From: Rhizophagus irregularis
Taxonomy: Eukaryota
Reading direction: 5' to 3'
NCBI RefSeq assembly: GCF_026210795.1
Contig: NC_089432.1
Location: 3,038,001 to 3,102,000 of the forward strand
Length of the DNA stretch: 64,000 nt
Shown: positions 12,220 through 24,009 of the stretch, piece after piece
Numbering within the stretch: the first letter of the stretch is position 1
How the letters are laid out: every line of letters begins with the position of its first letter
The notes under the pieces: generated by a model
Database searches by the model: none
The model's input: the letters and a program-made list of their open reading frames with translations, nothing else
What the model was told of the DNA's origin: nothing
Made by a program: the position numbers and the translations under genes

Positions 12220-12793
12220 TCTATATAATTAAAAAAATTGTGTTTGTGTGACTAACGTTTAGATTAGCCTATATAAATAATCTTTGAATTGTCCAATGTG
12301 GCAATGTGTTATTCATCTGCGCCTCTACACTTGATCTATTACGTTTTCTTATAGACATACAATATTAATTACTACTAATGTTGTGTAACATTTAATATGA
12401 TCTATTGATTTGTTTGCGCCTGATCTATGCAAGACCCTTGATCGGCAAATTCATTCTAATTACTAATGTGCAGGAAAAGGAAATTTGTATAATTCTGGCC
12501 GGAATTATACCTTTGCAATTTTCTCCCAAAATTAAAATGACCACTCACGTTATAAATTAAAAATTTTAACTGCGTCAAATTATATATTAATTGCCAAGAC
12601 TTCCAGAAATCATTTAAATTTTACATTTTACATTTAAAGTTATAACTGATATATCACATACTGTAACCCTTTTTTTTATCAAAATTAATTTAGTCACTTT
12701 CTTTAGCAAAGATCTAAATTTGATAAACGTGTGATCAAAAATGACGATCAATCAATTTATACAACCCGATGCGAAGCAACGGGCTACTGCTAG
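12220..12793 (+). mobile_element. Complete non-autonomous Helitron (574 bp)
   Basis: Starts TCTATATAAT directly after an A. Ends with hairpin CCCGATGCGAAGCAACGGG, then CTACTG-CTAG followed by T. This gives canonical TC...CTAG ends in an A|T target with no TSD. Confidence 0.85.
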
Positions 12794-13012
12794 TAATATC
12801 TGAAAATAATGAGTTAAATTGATCTGATCAACTGAAATTTATCTTAAATAGTCTAATCTAAATTAAAGGCAAAATATTTTTCCAATTGAATCAAAACAAA
12901 TAAGAAGTTAAAACTAGGCTATTATAATATAATTTTAGGTAAAAAGAAGATTTATATAAATAAACACTTTCATTTAGTTTAATAATTAGTCTTTTCTGAT
13001 TTAATAAAAAGC

Positions 13013-13531
13013 ATGCTTGTTTTTTCCAGTTTTAATTACTTTAACTGAATTAGTTGAGCCATAGTTACTACTACTTACATGGGAGTTAAGGCTATTGAAA
13101 TGACTATTGAAAAAACTGCAATTTTAATTGAATCTACTTCTGATTTTTATACCCTTTGGTGTTCTTCTCATCTTCATTTAAGAGAAATAAAAACTATTTT
13201 TGATTGTTAGATAAATGGCCTTACTGCCAAAGAATACTATGACCCTAGAAAATGGGGATATAATACCAAAACTATTTAATTTCCCTTAGAAGAGTTAAAA
13301 ACTTCTACAAACGAACCTGGATAGAAAGAAAAATATGAATCTCTGAGAGATTAGGATGGTAAAAAGCAAAGAGCCAATGACAAAAGCCCCCAAAAAAAGT
13401 TATTCAGATAAAAAAGGAAGAGTTTGGGTTCCAAATGATAAAATGCATGGAGAAAGAAGTGGTGAACCTGGCTGGGATGTTCAAGTAGATGGAGGAAAAA
13501 CCATTTCCACGTTTGTGCAAGAGATAGGTGA
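13013..13531 (+). pseudogene. Decayed intronless gene with C-terminal polymorphic-toxin-like (Ntox37-like) domain
   Basis: Reconstruction across frameshifts and stops gives FPVLITLTELV/AIVTTTYMGVKAIEMTIEK...YYDPRKWGY.../KKSYSDKKGRVWVPNDKMHGERSGEPGWDVQVDGG/NHFHVCARDR*. The D.KG.VWVP...HG...WDVQ..G pattern resembles Ntox37-type toxin tips (recognised by eye, not searched). Confidence 0.55.
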
Positions 13532-13959
13532 ACCTGACATTTTTTAATTAAAAAAAATAAAAAAATGCTTCTTTATTTTAAAAATGTCAGTTCTAACATT
13601 TTTTTATTAAAAGAAAAAAAATGTTTTTTTTTAAAAAATCAACAAGTCAGGTCAGGTATCTGACCCGACCTGATATAAAAAGTGCCAAAATGTACTTTTT
13701 CATAAAATAATTGTAAAAAAAAAATGTTTAGCATTTTTTCTCATATATAAAAAATGCAGAAACATTTTTTTGATGGGTCAACAGATTGGGTTAGATACCC
13801 GAACTGATTGGACTTCACTACCATCAAACTGAGTTAATTGTGCCGAGTCCTGTAATGTTGATTAATTGAACTGAACTAAATTTACGTGACTGATTTACAG
13901 TTCTTGTATTTAATAATTACAATTATAATAGTATTTTAATATTATTATAAAATATCACA

Positions 13960-14587
13960 TAGAGTTTGGAACCGGATGCACCATCCGGTTTTTAAACCGG
14001 TTCCACCCATTTTTTTTACGATTTGGTTCAATCCAGATTCATGCTGCAAAAACCGGTTTGCATTTAAAGCGAGTGCTCAACCCGGTGTGATATCAAAACT
14101 TTATAGTGCTGGCCTGAATTATGAAATTATAAATCACGTGATACTGGGTAAATAGTTTAGCCACCGGGATTTTTATCAGTTATAGAAATAAATTCTGGAA
14201 TTGTGTTACACAAGTTTTGTAATTCTGGCCAAAATTACAGTGTACTGTACACTTGACAAATTCATGCGGGTTGTCGGCAAATAGAATTTTGTAAATTGTC
14301 ACGTGTCCCGTACATTTTGAAATCAGTGTAAGCCGGATGCAAAAATGGAAACTCTAATTCAGGATGTAGATCATAGTAGAATTCCATAAGTTAACTGTTA
14401 ATAATTGAAAACCAGGAATGTGACTTCAGATGCGGCTAACTATTACTTTATTATTTATTTATTATAATTAAACAAATATAAAACTGGATACAAAAATCGG
14501 TTTCAACCAGGTTTGTAAAAACCGATTTGAAAAGGGTCGAACTGTTTTAAATCCGGTTTCCAAAAATACAACCAGTTCCAAACTCTA
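13960..14587. mobile_element. hAT-type MITE (628 bp)
   Basis: TIR TAGAGTTTGGAACCGG / CCAGTTCCAAACTCTA, perfect 8-bp TSD ATATCACA (13952-13959 and 14588-14595), subterminal AACCGG repeats. Confidence 0.92.
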
Positions 14588-15699
14588 ATATCACATTAAT
14601 ATTAATATTAACACAAAAATTTTATAACTAGCATTAATATTATTTTTATTATTTTCAGAAATGTCAATTACATCCATGTTTTTCTTTATAAAATTAAATA
14701 CATGAAAAATTGAAAGAAATACTTTATAAATTTCATATGGAAGGCTTACAAATTTGAAATTATTAATTAAAATTATTAATTATATAATATTAATGACATT
14801 ATAATCATTTATTATGGCATAATATTAATATCTCATTAAATTAAAAATTTCTTTTTCAAAATTTTTTTTCATTTTTATTTTTCATAATTTTTTTTATTTT
14901 TTTTTATTTTTTCTGGTTGGCTTTTTCTCCAATCTGAATTTTTTTCCTCTTTTCCTTTTTCAGTTTGGCTTTTCAAACTGAATTTTTTTTCCTAAATACA
15001 TTCTTTCATCATTTAGGTTTGGATCAATGCTGCAGCGTCATGGTAATTACCTTTTTTTATAATTAAGCTAATTTTACAACAAAAACTTTTTTACAATTCC
15101 CGATTCTTATTATTAATAAAAACAATATTTTTTAGGCTGTATCAAGCTCAATAATTGACTAACATGATTACCGTACTTATTTATTTATTTTTGTAACAAT
15201 CGATCATTATAATTAATATTTCTGAGAAATTCTTTATTTCATGACAATAGAAGTTTTTCAGAATTTTTTTTCATATTAATTAGTGAGATAATTTTTTTTC
15301 TATAACAATAGATTGCTATAATGAATTTCTTGAGATATAATAACAATATTTATGTATTTTTTTTAGCAGATGTAATTTTTTTTAATGCTACAATGAAATT
15401 TTTTAAGATAAAAAAAAAGATTTTTGTGACAATGTAACAATAAACTACTTATACAAAATTATCTTTGTAAATGTATACTGCAACATTTGTTTCATATTAA
15501 ATAAAATTTGCATTTAATAATAATATTTCATATACTGTATAACACTTGCACACAATTCATTGTTATTTAAATAATTATATAAATTGTGTAATTTATTATA
15601 TTTATTCCTACTAATACCATCATAATAATAGTAAAAAACTAAACCTATTCACACTGCATGGCAAATAAAAATATAAAATGTGTTTATTATTACTCTCAT

Positions 15700-15729
15700 C
15701 CCCGGCGCAGCGCGACAGGCTACATCTAG
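15700..15729 (+). mobile_element. Helitron-like 3' terminus
   Basis: GC-rich imperfect hairpin CCCCGGCGCAGCGCGACAGG followed by CTACAT-CTAG|T. 5' end not identified. Confidence 0.5.
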
Positions 15730-16136
15730 TTTGAACATAATTTTATTTGATATAATATTATATATTTATAAGTTGTATTGTAAACATAAACAAGCACTAA
15801 CTTAACATACAAATGATGTTCAAATAACATGTTTAAATATAATGCGAAATGCAATCATTACATAATAAGGTCGATTTACATATAGTAAATTCCTATTGTA
15901 AATTTATGACTTTTATTTCCTTTTATATTGTCATTTTGCCAGGTTTGCTTGAATTATTATCTACGAGATGATCTATGAAATGTTGGCTGCGGTGTCGATT
16001 TTCTAATGTTAACAATGTTAACAGTATAAATCAATTATTTATTACGCATTTAAAAGATTACGAATTTGAAGATTTATTTGGCAATTTATTTTGTTTTTCA
16101 ATTTGCTGCTTTTCGATAGATTCTTTATTTCTATTG

Positions 16137-17470
16137 CACTAGTCAAAATCAAAAGTTTTGGTCATATGACTTTTAGTTAAATTTCAGCCAAAGTTTGTTC
16201 TTCGACAAAAATTTTGACACATGACTTTACGAATATCATTTCCGAAGTCGGTTGAGCATATTTATATGTGATAATCTTTTTTAAACTTTTTTTTCTTTAA
16301 TTCGATACAGGTTTTAGAATAAAGTTTATTTTTTATTTTTCTTTTTTTTTTAGGTTTCAACTCCAGTTCTTGGCACTGGTAAGTGAGTTTCATTTCGAAT
16401 AACACTTCAAAACTTTATCTTTTTTTTATAAAAATAATTTATTAAAATTTTTTTCTATTTCATAGGTTTCGGCTTTGGTTCTTGGGCTTTGGATAGGCGA
16501 GTTTCAAATATTTTGCTCGAAACTTATTTATTAAAAATAATTTTATTTTTTTTTTCTTCTTTTATTTTGTACCGGTTCTTGGGCATTGGATAGGTGAGTT
16601 TCGTTTTGAATAACACTTCGAAACTTTATTTATTTAAAAAAAATAATTTATTAAATTTTTTTTTCTATTTCGTAGGTTTCGGCTTCGTTTCTTGGGCATT
16701 GGATAGGTGAGTTTCATTTTGAATAATACTTTGAAACTTTATTTTTTTTGAAAAAAATTATTTAATTTATTCATCAGATAGGTGAGTTTCATTTTGAACA
16801 ACACTTTGAATCTTTATTTTTTTAAAAAAAAAATGTTAATTTATTAATTTCTTTTTTCTATTTTGTAGGTTTTGGCTCTGGTTCTTGAGCGTCGGATAGG
16901 TGAGTTTCATTTCGAATAACACTTCGAAACTTTATTTTTTTTTTGAAAAAAATAATTTAATTTATCCTACTTTGTAGGTTTTGGCTCTGGTTCTTTGGCG
17001 TCAGATAGGTAAGTTTCATTTTGAACAATACTTCAAAACTTAAAAAATAATAATTTGATTTTTTTTTCTATTTTGTGGGTTTGCTCCGATTCTTGGATGT
17101 TGGATAGGTGAGTTTCATTTCGAGCAACACTCAAAACTTTATTTTTTTTTAAAAAAAAAATAATTTAATTTATTGATTTTTTTTTATGGACAGGTTGAAT
17201 ATTATATCTTGCTTATGGATTTGACAAAGTAACTTATTGTTAGCATATATTCATTGTACTGCAGATGTTAGAGAAGATAATGCAGGTCTTATCTCATTTC
17301 AAAAATCTGGAGCGCATGAATTCATTGATGCATTTGCTATAGACCATTGTGTAGGGTTTTCTCAGATTAAAACTACTTATTACGTGATATGTAAGGATGT
17401 AGATTATACAGATGAATAACTAATAGAATGTATTATATACATATTAGTGAGAATAGTACATTTAATAAAC
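16137..17470 (+). mobile_element. Internally deleted CACTA/EnSpm-like transposon: CACTA end, micro-exon array, transposase-like last exon
   Basis: Begins CACTAGTCAAAATC. About 8 tandem ~110-bp units with splice-site-flanked cores (16350-17115). Final segment reads LAYIHCTADVREDNAGLISFQKSGAHEFIDAFAIDHCVGF, similar by eye to C-termini of AMF EnSpm-like transposases. Right TIR not found. Confidence 0.5.
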
Positions 17471-18021
17471 AAATAATTTATATTTACTAGATTTAAAACA
17501 TAAAACGGATGGGCTCATTTTTCCGTTATTTAACATTTAAAATACAATATAACCGTAATTTATCAATTATTTACTATTACATTTTACAGACAATTAATTA
17601 TTATAGGGTGTCATTAATAAATCCTATGATTATTTTCGATAATTATCAACATTATAAAATATCAATTACTAACTACTTTGTGATTATTTTCAACAATTAT
17701 CAATATCATAAAAAAAGAAGGGAAAAGAGAGAAGGAAAGAGTGTACTGCGTATATGTACTATAAAGTCACTATAAATAATAAACAAATAAAATGTTACTG
17801 ATGATTCTATATTTTTTTGGCAGGATTTTTTATTTATTTTGTTATTTTTTCTTTCAATAGGACAGGTCAACCTCTAGTTTCTATACTTTTGCACATTTAT
17901 GTAAAATTATATGTAATACTCAATTATTTATATACTATCGTTCAGCAAAATATCAATTTAGACTTATATTAGCATTATTTTTCTTTACTGATCGATATTA
18001 TTATTAATTATAAGGGACTGA

Positions 18022-18089
18022 ATGGCCAGAAATGACGTAATTTAAATTTTAGGACTTTTGACCCTTGAAATGACGTCATTTCTGGCCAT
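18022..18089. repeat. Small foldback (17-bp perfect inverted repeat), probable MITE remnant
   Basis: ATGGCCAGAAATGACGT ... ACGTCATTTCTGGCCAT. Confidence 0.7.
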
Positions 18090-19606
18090 CACCTAATAAC
18101 ATGCACAGTATAGTATATAAAAAGAAAAAAGCTTATAGAAAGCTAGTCAAATAAAGTTTATCATTTTATCAAACAATAATCGGTGATTAGGGCAGAAATA
18201 TAATAGACTTATTAGATACTAGGTGCTAAATCGGCCAATAAATAATTAATAATTAATCTAAATAAATTGGTGAGCAATAAATTTTAGTATATTTGAGCTA
18301 TAGAGTTTGTTTTGTTTATAGTAACAGCTGCCAACAATTGTAGTTTTTGATTTAAATTTCTGAAAAATTTTACCCCATAATAATTATTAAATTAATATAC
18401 ATCAACGGAATAAGAATAATTTGTTTTTTTTCATTTGTATATATTTTAGATTAGATATTTGTTGATGTGATAAAAAATTTATAAAGTCTAATGTATACTA
18501 ATTATAACTTAATTTTGTGTGACAAGTGGTGCGCTACAGGTATCAATCATATTCTGATGCATGTAAGGCACGACACATATATATACAATATTTGAAAATT
18601 TTGGAAGCGAGCCGAAACAGGACCCAGAAATATATATACAGGGGTAGGGTACACAGATGCGTCGCCATCATAGTGGAATTGGGCGGAGTAAAGTTCTGAT
18701 TTGCATACAATTTTAGAATTTTTTTAGGTCATCAAGATTGCGTATTTTTTATCAAAATTTTTATATGTAAAAAATTAGTTTGCGTATTTTTGGCCTAAAT
18801 TTGGCTAATCTTATATATATAATATATTTACTTTAATGATATCTCATTCATAAAGGGTAAAAAATGCAAAAGTGTCACAATATACTATTTGGTTTTTTTT
18901 AATAATTACTTACATTATATTTTATATTTATTCAATATATATGGTCTGATTATTAATACTTACATTGAATAGTATCAGAGATCAGTGGTAGAAATGAAAG
19001 TTTATGCAACAAACAATTTGATTCTGATTTATTGAAAAAAAGTAATAACTGAATATGGTTTAATAAGAAAACATCACAAAGACAAAGTATAAAAATTGAC
19101 AATTTTATAAGTATTCAATATTAAAATAAAATTTTTTTATAATTAATGTAACTTGAAAAAATTTTTACCTAATATTTCTAGTATGTCAGAGCAATTATCT
19201 TATATATTTAGGTTGACATTTTTTCATATATAGTTAAGTCTGTTTTATTTTCCAAAACCCACAATAATATTGTTATAACTTTACTTTGCTTAATTAATTA
19301 TAAAGTTTAAAATTAATAAATATTACAATTAATACAATAAATTAAGGAAAAAAATATACAATATAAAAAATTTAGTGAAATATTAAAATTTTCGGGAATA
19401 GATTTATGTATTTCACAATCATCAAATACAAGAATTATGGTATTTCAAGATATATGAGTTTCAGATTTATAGTTTTGAAATCTTAGGTTTGGAGTACCAT
19501 GAATTTTTTTGAATTTTGGCACTTTTATCTCACACTAATATAATTAAAAAAAAAGTAATACATAACAGAATTTATAAATAAAGTTAATAAATTATGCAAA
19601 GAACTT

Positions 19607-21755
19607 CTATTTATACTCCTTTAATTCATTTAATTTGTCTTGGGCATCTTGATCTCCTTGCTTAACAGATTTTTTATACCAATAAATTGCTTGATTTATA
19701 TCCTTTTTAATTCCTTCTCCAGTTTCATACATTAAAGCAAGATTATATTGAGCATCACTATTACCTAAGTTTGCAGCCTTTTGATATAATTCGAATGCCT
19801 TTTGTATATTAATATTAGTTCCAATTCCATTATCATAACAATATCCTAAATTACATATTCCAGATAAAATTCCTAAATTTGCAGCCATTTGATATAATTC
19901 AAATGCCTTTTGTTCGTCAATATAAGTTCCAGTTCCATATTGATAACAATATCCTAAATTAAATATTCCACGTGGATTTCCTAAATTTGCAGCTTCTTGA
20001 TATAGTTCAAATGCCTTTTGCTGGTCAACACTGATTCCAATTCCTTCATCATAACAATATCCTAAACTAGTTATTCCAAATACATTTCCAGAGTTTACCG
20101 CATTTTGATATAATTCAAATGCTTTTTGTTTGTCAACATTGACTTCAATTCCAAAATGATTAAATACTCCCAGTAAAAAGATAGAATTTGAATCATTTTG
20201 ATTATTTAATAACCAAGCATAAAATTCTTGTGAAGTTATATTATGGTTATTAAGATAATTAATGACTTCATGTTTTTTCCTTACAATTTCTGTATTTTCA
20301 AGAAGAAGTATTATTTCATTAACTATTATGTCAAAGTTATTATTTGATGACATTGAAGGTTCTATTTCTTCTATACGCATTTTATTAAAATTTTCAATGA
20401 CTTGAGACATTTCTCCATATAATAAATTATCAATAATATTTTTGGAAACTTTATCATTACTCTTCTTTTCACTTGATAATGTAACATTTTCTTTTGGAAT
20501 AATTTCATTTAATTTTGCAATAACCTGGTTGACAGTTGGACGATTATCTGGTTCATTATTCCAGCAATCTGATATAAATAAGCTTATAATTAATCAATAA
20601 TGTCATTATTAATATAATTAATTTAATTGTACTTACCAGTGTATATTTTTATGTAATCTACGGGTGTATTAGGAATAGGGTTTTCTCTAAGACCTTGTAA
20701 AATTTCCATAGCCAAACTAACATCATGTGGTTCATTATGAAAAGGTGGCCATCCACTAGAAATTTCCCACAAGAGTATGCCGATACTGTAGATGTCGCTT
20801 TTTTTATTTAATGAATATACTTGTATTTGATTGTTATTATCCCTTTTTGTATTAAATACTTGTGGATCAACATAAGCAACCATTCCAAATAATTTTGATT
20901 GAACGTTGGATGATTCTTCAATCCTTTTTGACAATCCAAAATCTGCTAATTTAATGGTATTCTTATGAACTAATATATTATTTGAGTGCTATTATTAAAT
21001 GCATTAATTAAATTAGCATAATTACAATATAATTTGTTAAAGTGTAAATAACTGAAGTAAATAACTTACCAAATCACGATGAACGATATCTTCATCATGT
21101 AAGCATAATATAGCATTAGCTAATTGAAATGCTAGTTCCAATTTATTGTTCCAAGTGAGATTATCAAAATGTTCACTTAAATAATCTCGGAGAGTACCAC
21201 TATCGGCATATTCCATAACCAGTAAATATTGTTTTGAATTATTGTCTTGGTTTGCTTTGGTTTTGAGAAAATAAAGAAAAATTATTTAAATTTTTTTTTT
21301 TCAAAAAAAAAAAGATAATGATAATAACGATTCAAATTAAATATCATACCTGTTGTAATGCCACAAAAATGAATAATGTTTTCATGAAAATCTATTTCAC
21401 GCTGAAGTTTAATCTAATATTGAAATAAAATTTTAAGTTAGGAACGTTAGGAACGTAATATAATTAAAGATAGAATAACAAAAAAAAATGATAAAATGTT
21501 AACATAAATTATAATTACTTCATAAACAATTTCTTTAACTGTGGCATTATTATTGATATTAAAGAAAGATTTTAATGCTAAATGATTGTGAAAACTTTTC
21601 CAGTTAGCACGATATACTTTTCCAAAACTTCCGGAACCAATTTCTTGAATATTATTGAAATGTTTGTAATCGTAATATTTAATGTGCTTTTTTGTAATAG
21701 CTTCTTCAATCCAATCAATCCACTCATTTGAATTAAATTCAGTATTATTAGACAT
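19607..21755 (-). CDS. TKL kinase + Sel1-repeat protein
   Basis: Exons 21755-21519, 21413-21350, 21254-21070, 20988-20637, 20568-19607, all GT-AG and in frame. GSGSFG, ALKS, HRDLHSNN, DFG; about five Sel1 repeats (LGYCY..GIG...[14 protein letters not shown]). Confidence 0.93.
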
Positions 21756-22639
21756 CGATACAGAACTTTGATTCACTTTGTACTTAAAGTTTAATAATAA
21801 AAAGAAAATTATAAAAAAATGAATTTTAAGGTAAAAAAGTTAAAGTTATGAACTTCTTAATTTGAATAAGCCTATGGTTTTTAAATTCATCGTAACGACG
21901 TAACAGTCGTAACATTATAACGTAGTGCAAAGAATGTTGTGTCTCTGTGCTCCCACGAGGGTTTCAAATTATACCAACCAAGAATTGATGCACATCATAC
22001 ATAAATCACGTGATCTTAAATATCCTATCTTGCAAAACTTTATGCGAAATGACTAAAAAATTTCTTCCAGATAGCTCTCTTTGTTTATCATCATATAGCT
22101 ATAGTTGTATTAGACACAGATTACCACTCTTTAGAATAAAATAAAAAAATAAAAAACTAAAAAATTTCTATGATATAAATATCTTTTCGAGTAAAAGGAA
22201 AATAAACATTACACAATATTAATTTATGTATTAAATATTTGGAGGAACAAATGTACAAACAAGTGTAATGTAAGTATTACTTTGCAGAAAGCCGTGATTT
22301 GTTACCATGCAGTTAAGAAATCGGCCATCAAATCACAACGATCTATTAACCAACATGTGACGACGTGGTATCAAGAAATTGTTGATAAAATATCTTTACG
22401 AAGTCGTAAAAATGCCATTAAATAGGTGGTAAATAGGTGGTGAATAGATGGTAATTGTCATCAAAATTTGGCTGAAGAAATCAATTCAAGATAATTTTTC
22501 AATGCATTAAATATCACTTGACGATGAATCTCAATTCTAATTTTTTTTTTTATTTAATCAAATTAACCTTAATAAAAAAAATTCAGCCTATATTCGGCCA
22601 AAATTAATTATTCGACCTAAATTAGTAATGATCTACTAT

Positions 22640-23720
22640 CCGATCTTGGTCGATTGGTCATGTGAATCATCACGTTTACAAATTTAAACTTTTTTTACTT
22701 TTTTTTTTTTTACTCTTTCATGAGTTTCATCCCCTTCCCTTTTGTCCTTCCCTTCTCCTTTCGTTCTCCCCTTCCTTTTTACCTTTTTTCTCACACCTTT
22801 CTTCCGCCTCTTTTTCTTGGAAGTACTGTAAGTTTCATTTCGAAACTTACATTTTTTTTTTAATTTATTTTTTAAAATTTTATCTTTTTTTTTTTGTTCC
22901 TTCAGCTTGGATTCGGATATGGCAATACGGTAAGTTCTATTTGAAACTTATCTAATAAATTTTTCCAATTTATTTTTTATATTTTATCTTTTTTTTGTAG
23001 GTATCTGGTTTCAGCATTGGACTTTTTAGTTGGATTTCTTGCCACTTGGCTTCAATGTTCTTTTTTGTAGGACGCTACCTTGCTTGTAGATCAACGTCTT
23101 GGAATAAATTGGAAAAGTTTGAAGAAAATATTTGCTTTAAACTTTTTAAATTTTATTTTATTTTTTTTTTAATTTAAGAAACGAACTAACGTTTTTCCTT
23201 GTATCAAAATATAGTTCTTTTTAAAAGAAAAAAAAATGGAACAACCATCATTCACTTATATTGTTTCTGACTATCTTGGTCAAACTTATAAATTGTCCGG
23301 TAGTGACGTTATCTCCTCTTATAAAGAAATTTGCACTTGATATCTGTCAAGAAAAAATTACGTGAAGAACACGAACAAATTGGCCAAAATAAGCTCAAAA
23401 TAAAATTTTCATATTCCAAATAACTGTCTCAAAAAGCTGCACAACAATCACAACAATCTTAACGTGGAAGAAGTGATATTGGAAGCGTTAGCAAACAGCT
23501 CAAACAACAGAAAGAAGAATCTGCTTAAGCGCAGAAGAAAAACGTTTAATTTGTATGAACGCTTTATGGAGACGTATGGGTTCGTCAGTTTGTGTTGAGA
23601 AAGGAAACAAACTTGTTTCTTCAAATAGTTTAGAATGGTAAGTTTTAAGAAAGAAGGAGAAATGTTTTTTTTATTTCTTTTAAGGGAAGACGGTACATCA
23701 TTATAAGATTTATCTGTGTG
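22640..23720 (+). mobile_element. Decayed transposon-like remnant with short spliced-looking leader exons and a broken ORF
   Basis: Short segments bounded by ag/gtaagt with repeated gtaagttt..tt.gaaactt introns (22820-23060), followed by broken ORF MEQPSFTYIVSDYLGQTYKL... Confidence 0.35.
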
Positions 23721-24009
23721 ACCAAACATATTTTAAATCTAACTAGGATTCAATTTTTTAATTTTCTCATTTTCTTTTACGGTTCCTTTTGTATCGAAGA
23801 AAAGATATATACTCTGAACAACAAAAAAAAAATGTCTCACATATGTAACTAACATCACCTGGAAAAAAAATAGTAGCCGGATTGTTTGTAGGGTTACACG
23901 TGGCTTCGATTTTTTTTAAAAAAGTATTCGATAAAAACCATAAATAAAAAGACAATAGAATTTATAAAATTTTTAATACAAAAGAATCCAAAGAACTTGT
24001 TTCAATTAT

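Larger units (their letters stand above)
10141..13820. mobile_element. Putative non-autonomous DNA transposon shell (hAT-like ends) carrying foreign-looking cargo
   Basis: Left end TAGAG..., right end ...CACTA. Inverted subterminal match TAACCCAACAGGTTGACCCA (left) vs TAACCCAATCTGTTGACCCA (right, reverse complement). ACCTGA/TCAGGT motifs cluster at both ends, and the same ~60-bp repeat flanks the cargo on both sides. No convincing TSD found. Confidence 0.55.

Noticed and set aside
10133..13828. 8-bp target-site duplication for the large cargo-bearing element
   Set aside because: Flanks CATTTGTT and CCATCAAA do not match, so the exact ends and hAT assignment remain unproven.
16330..17160. CRISPR-like or coding interpretation of the ~110-bp array
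   Set aside because: Whole units are homologous and carry splice consensus sites; the 31-nt cores do not keep a reading frame.
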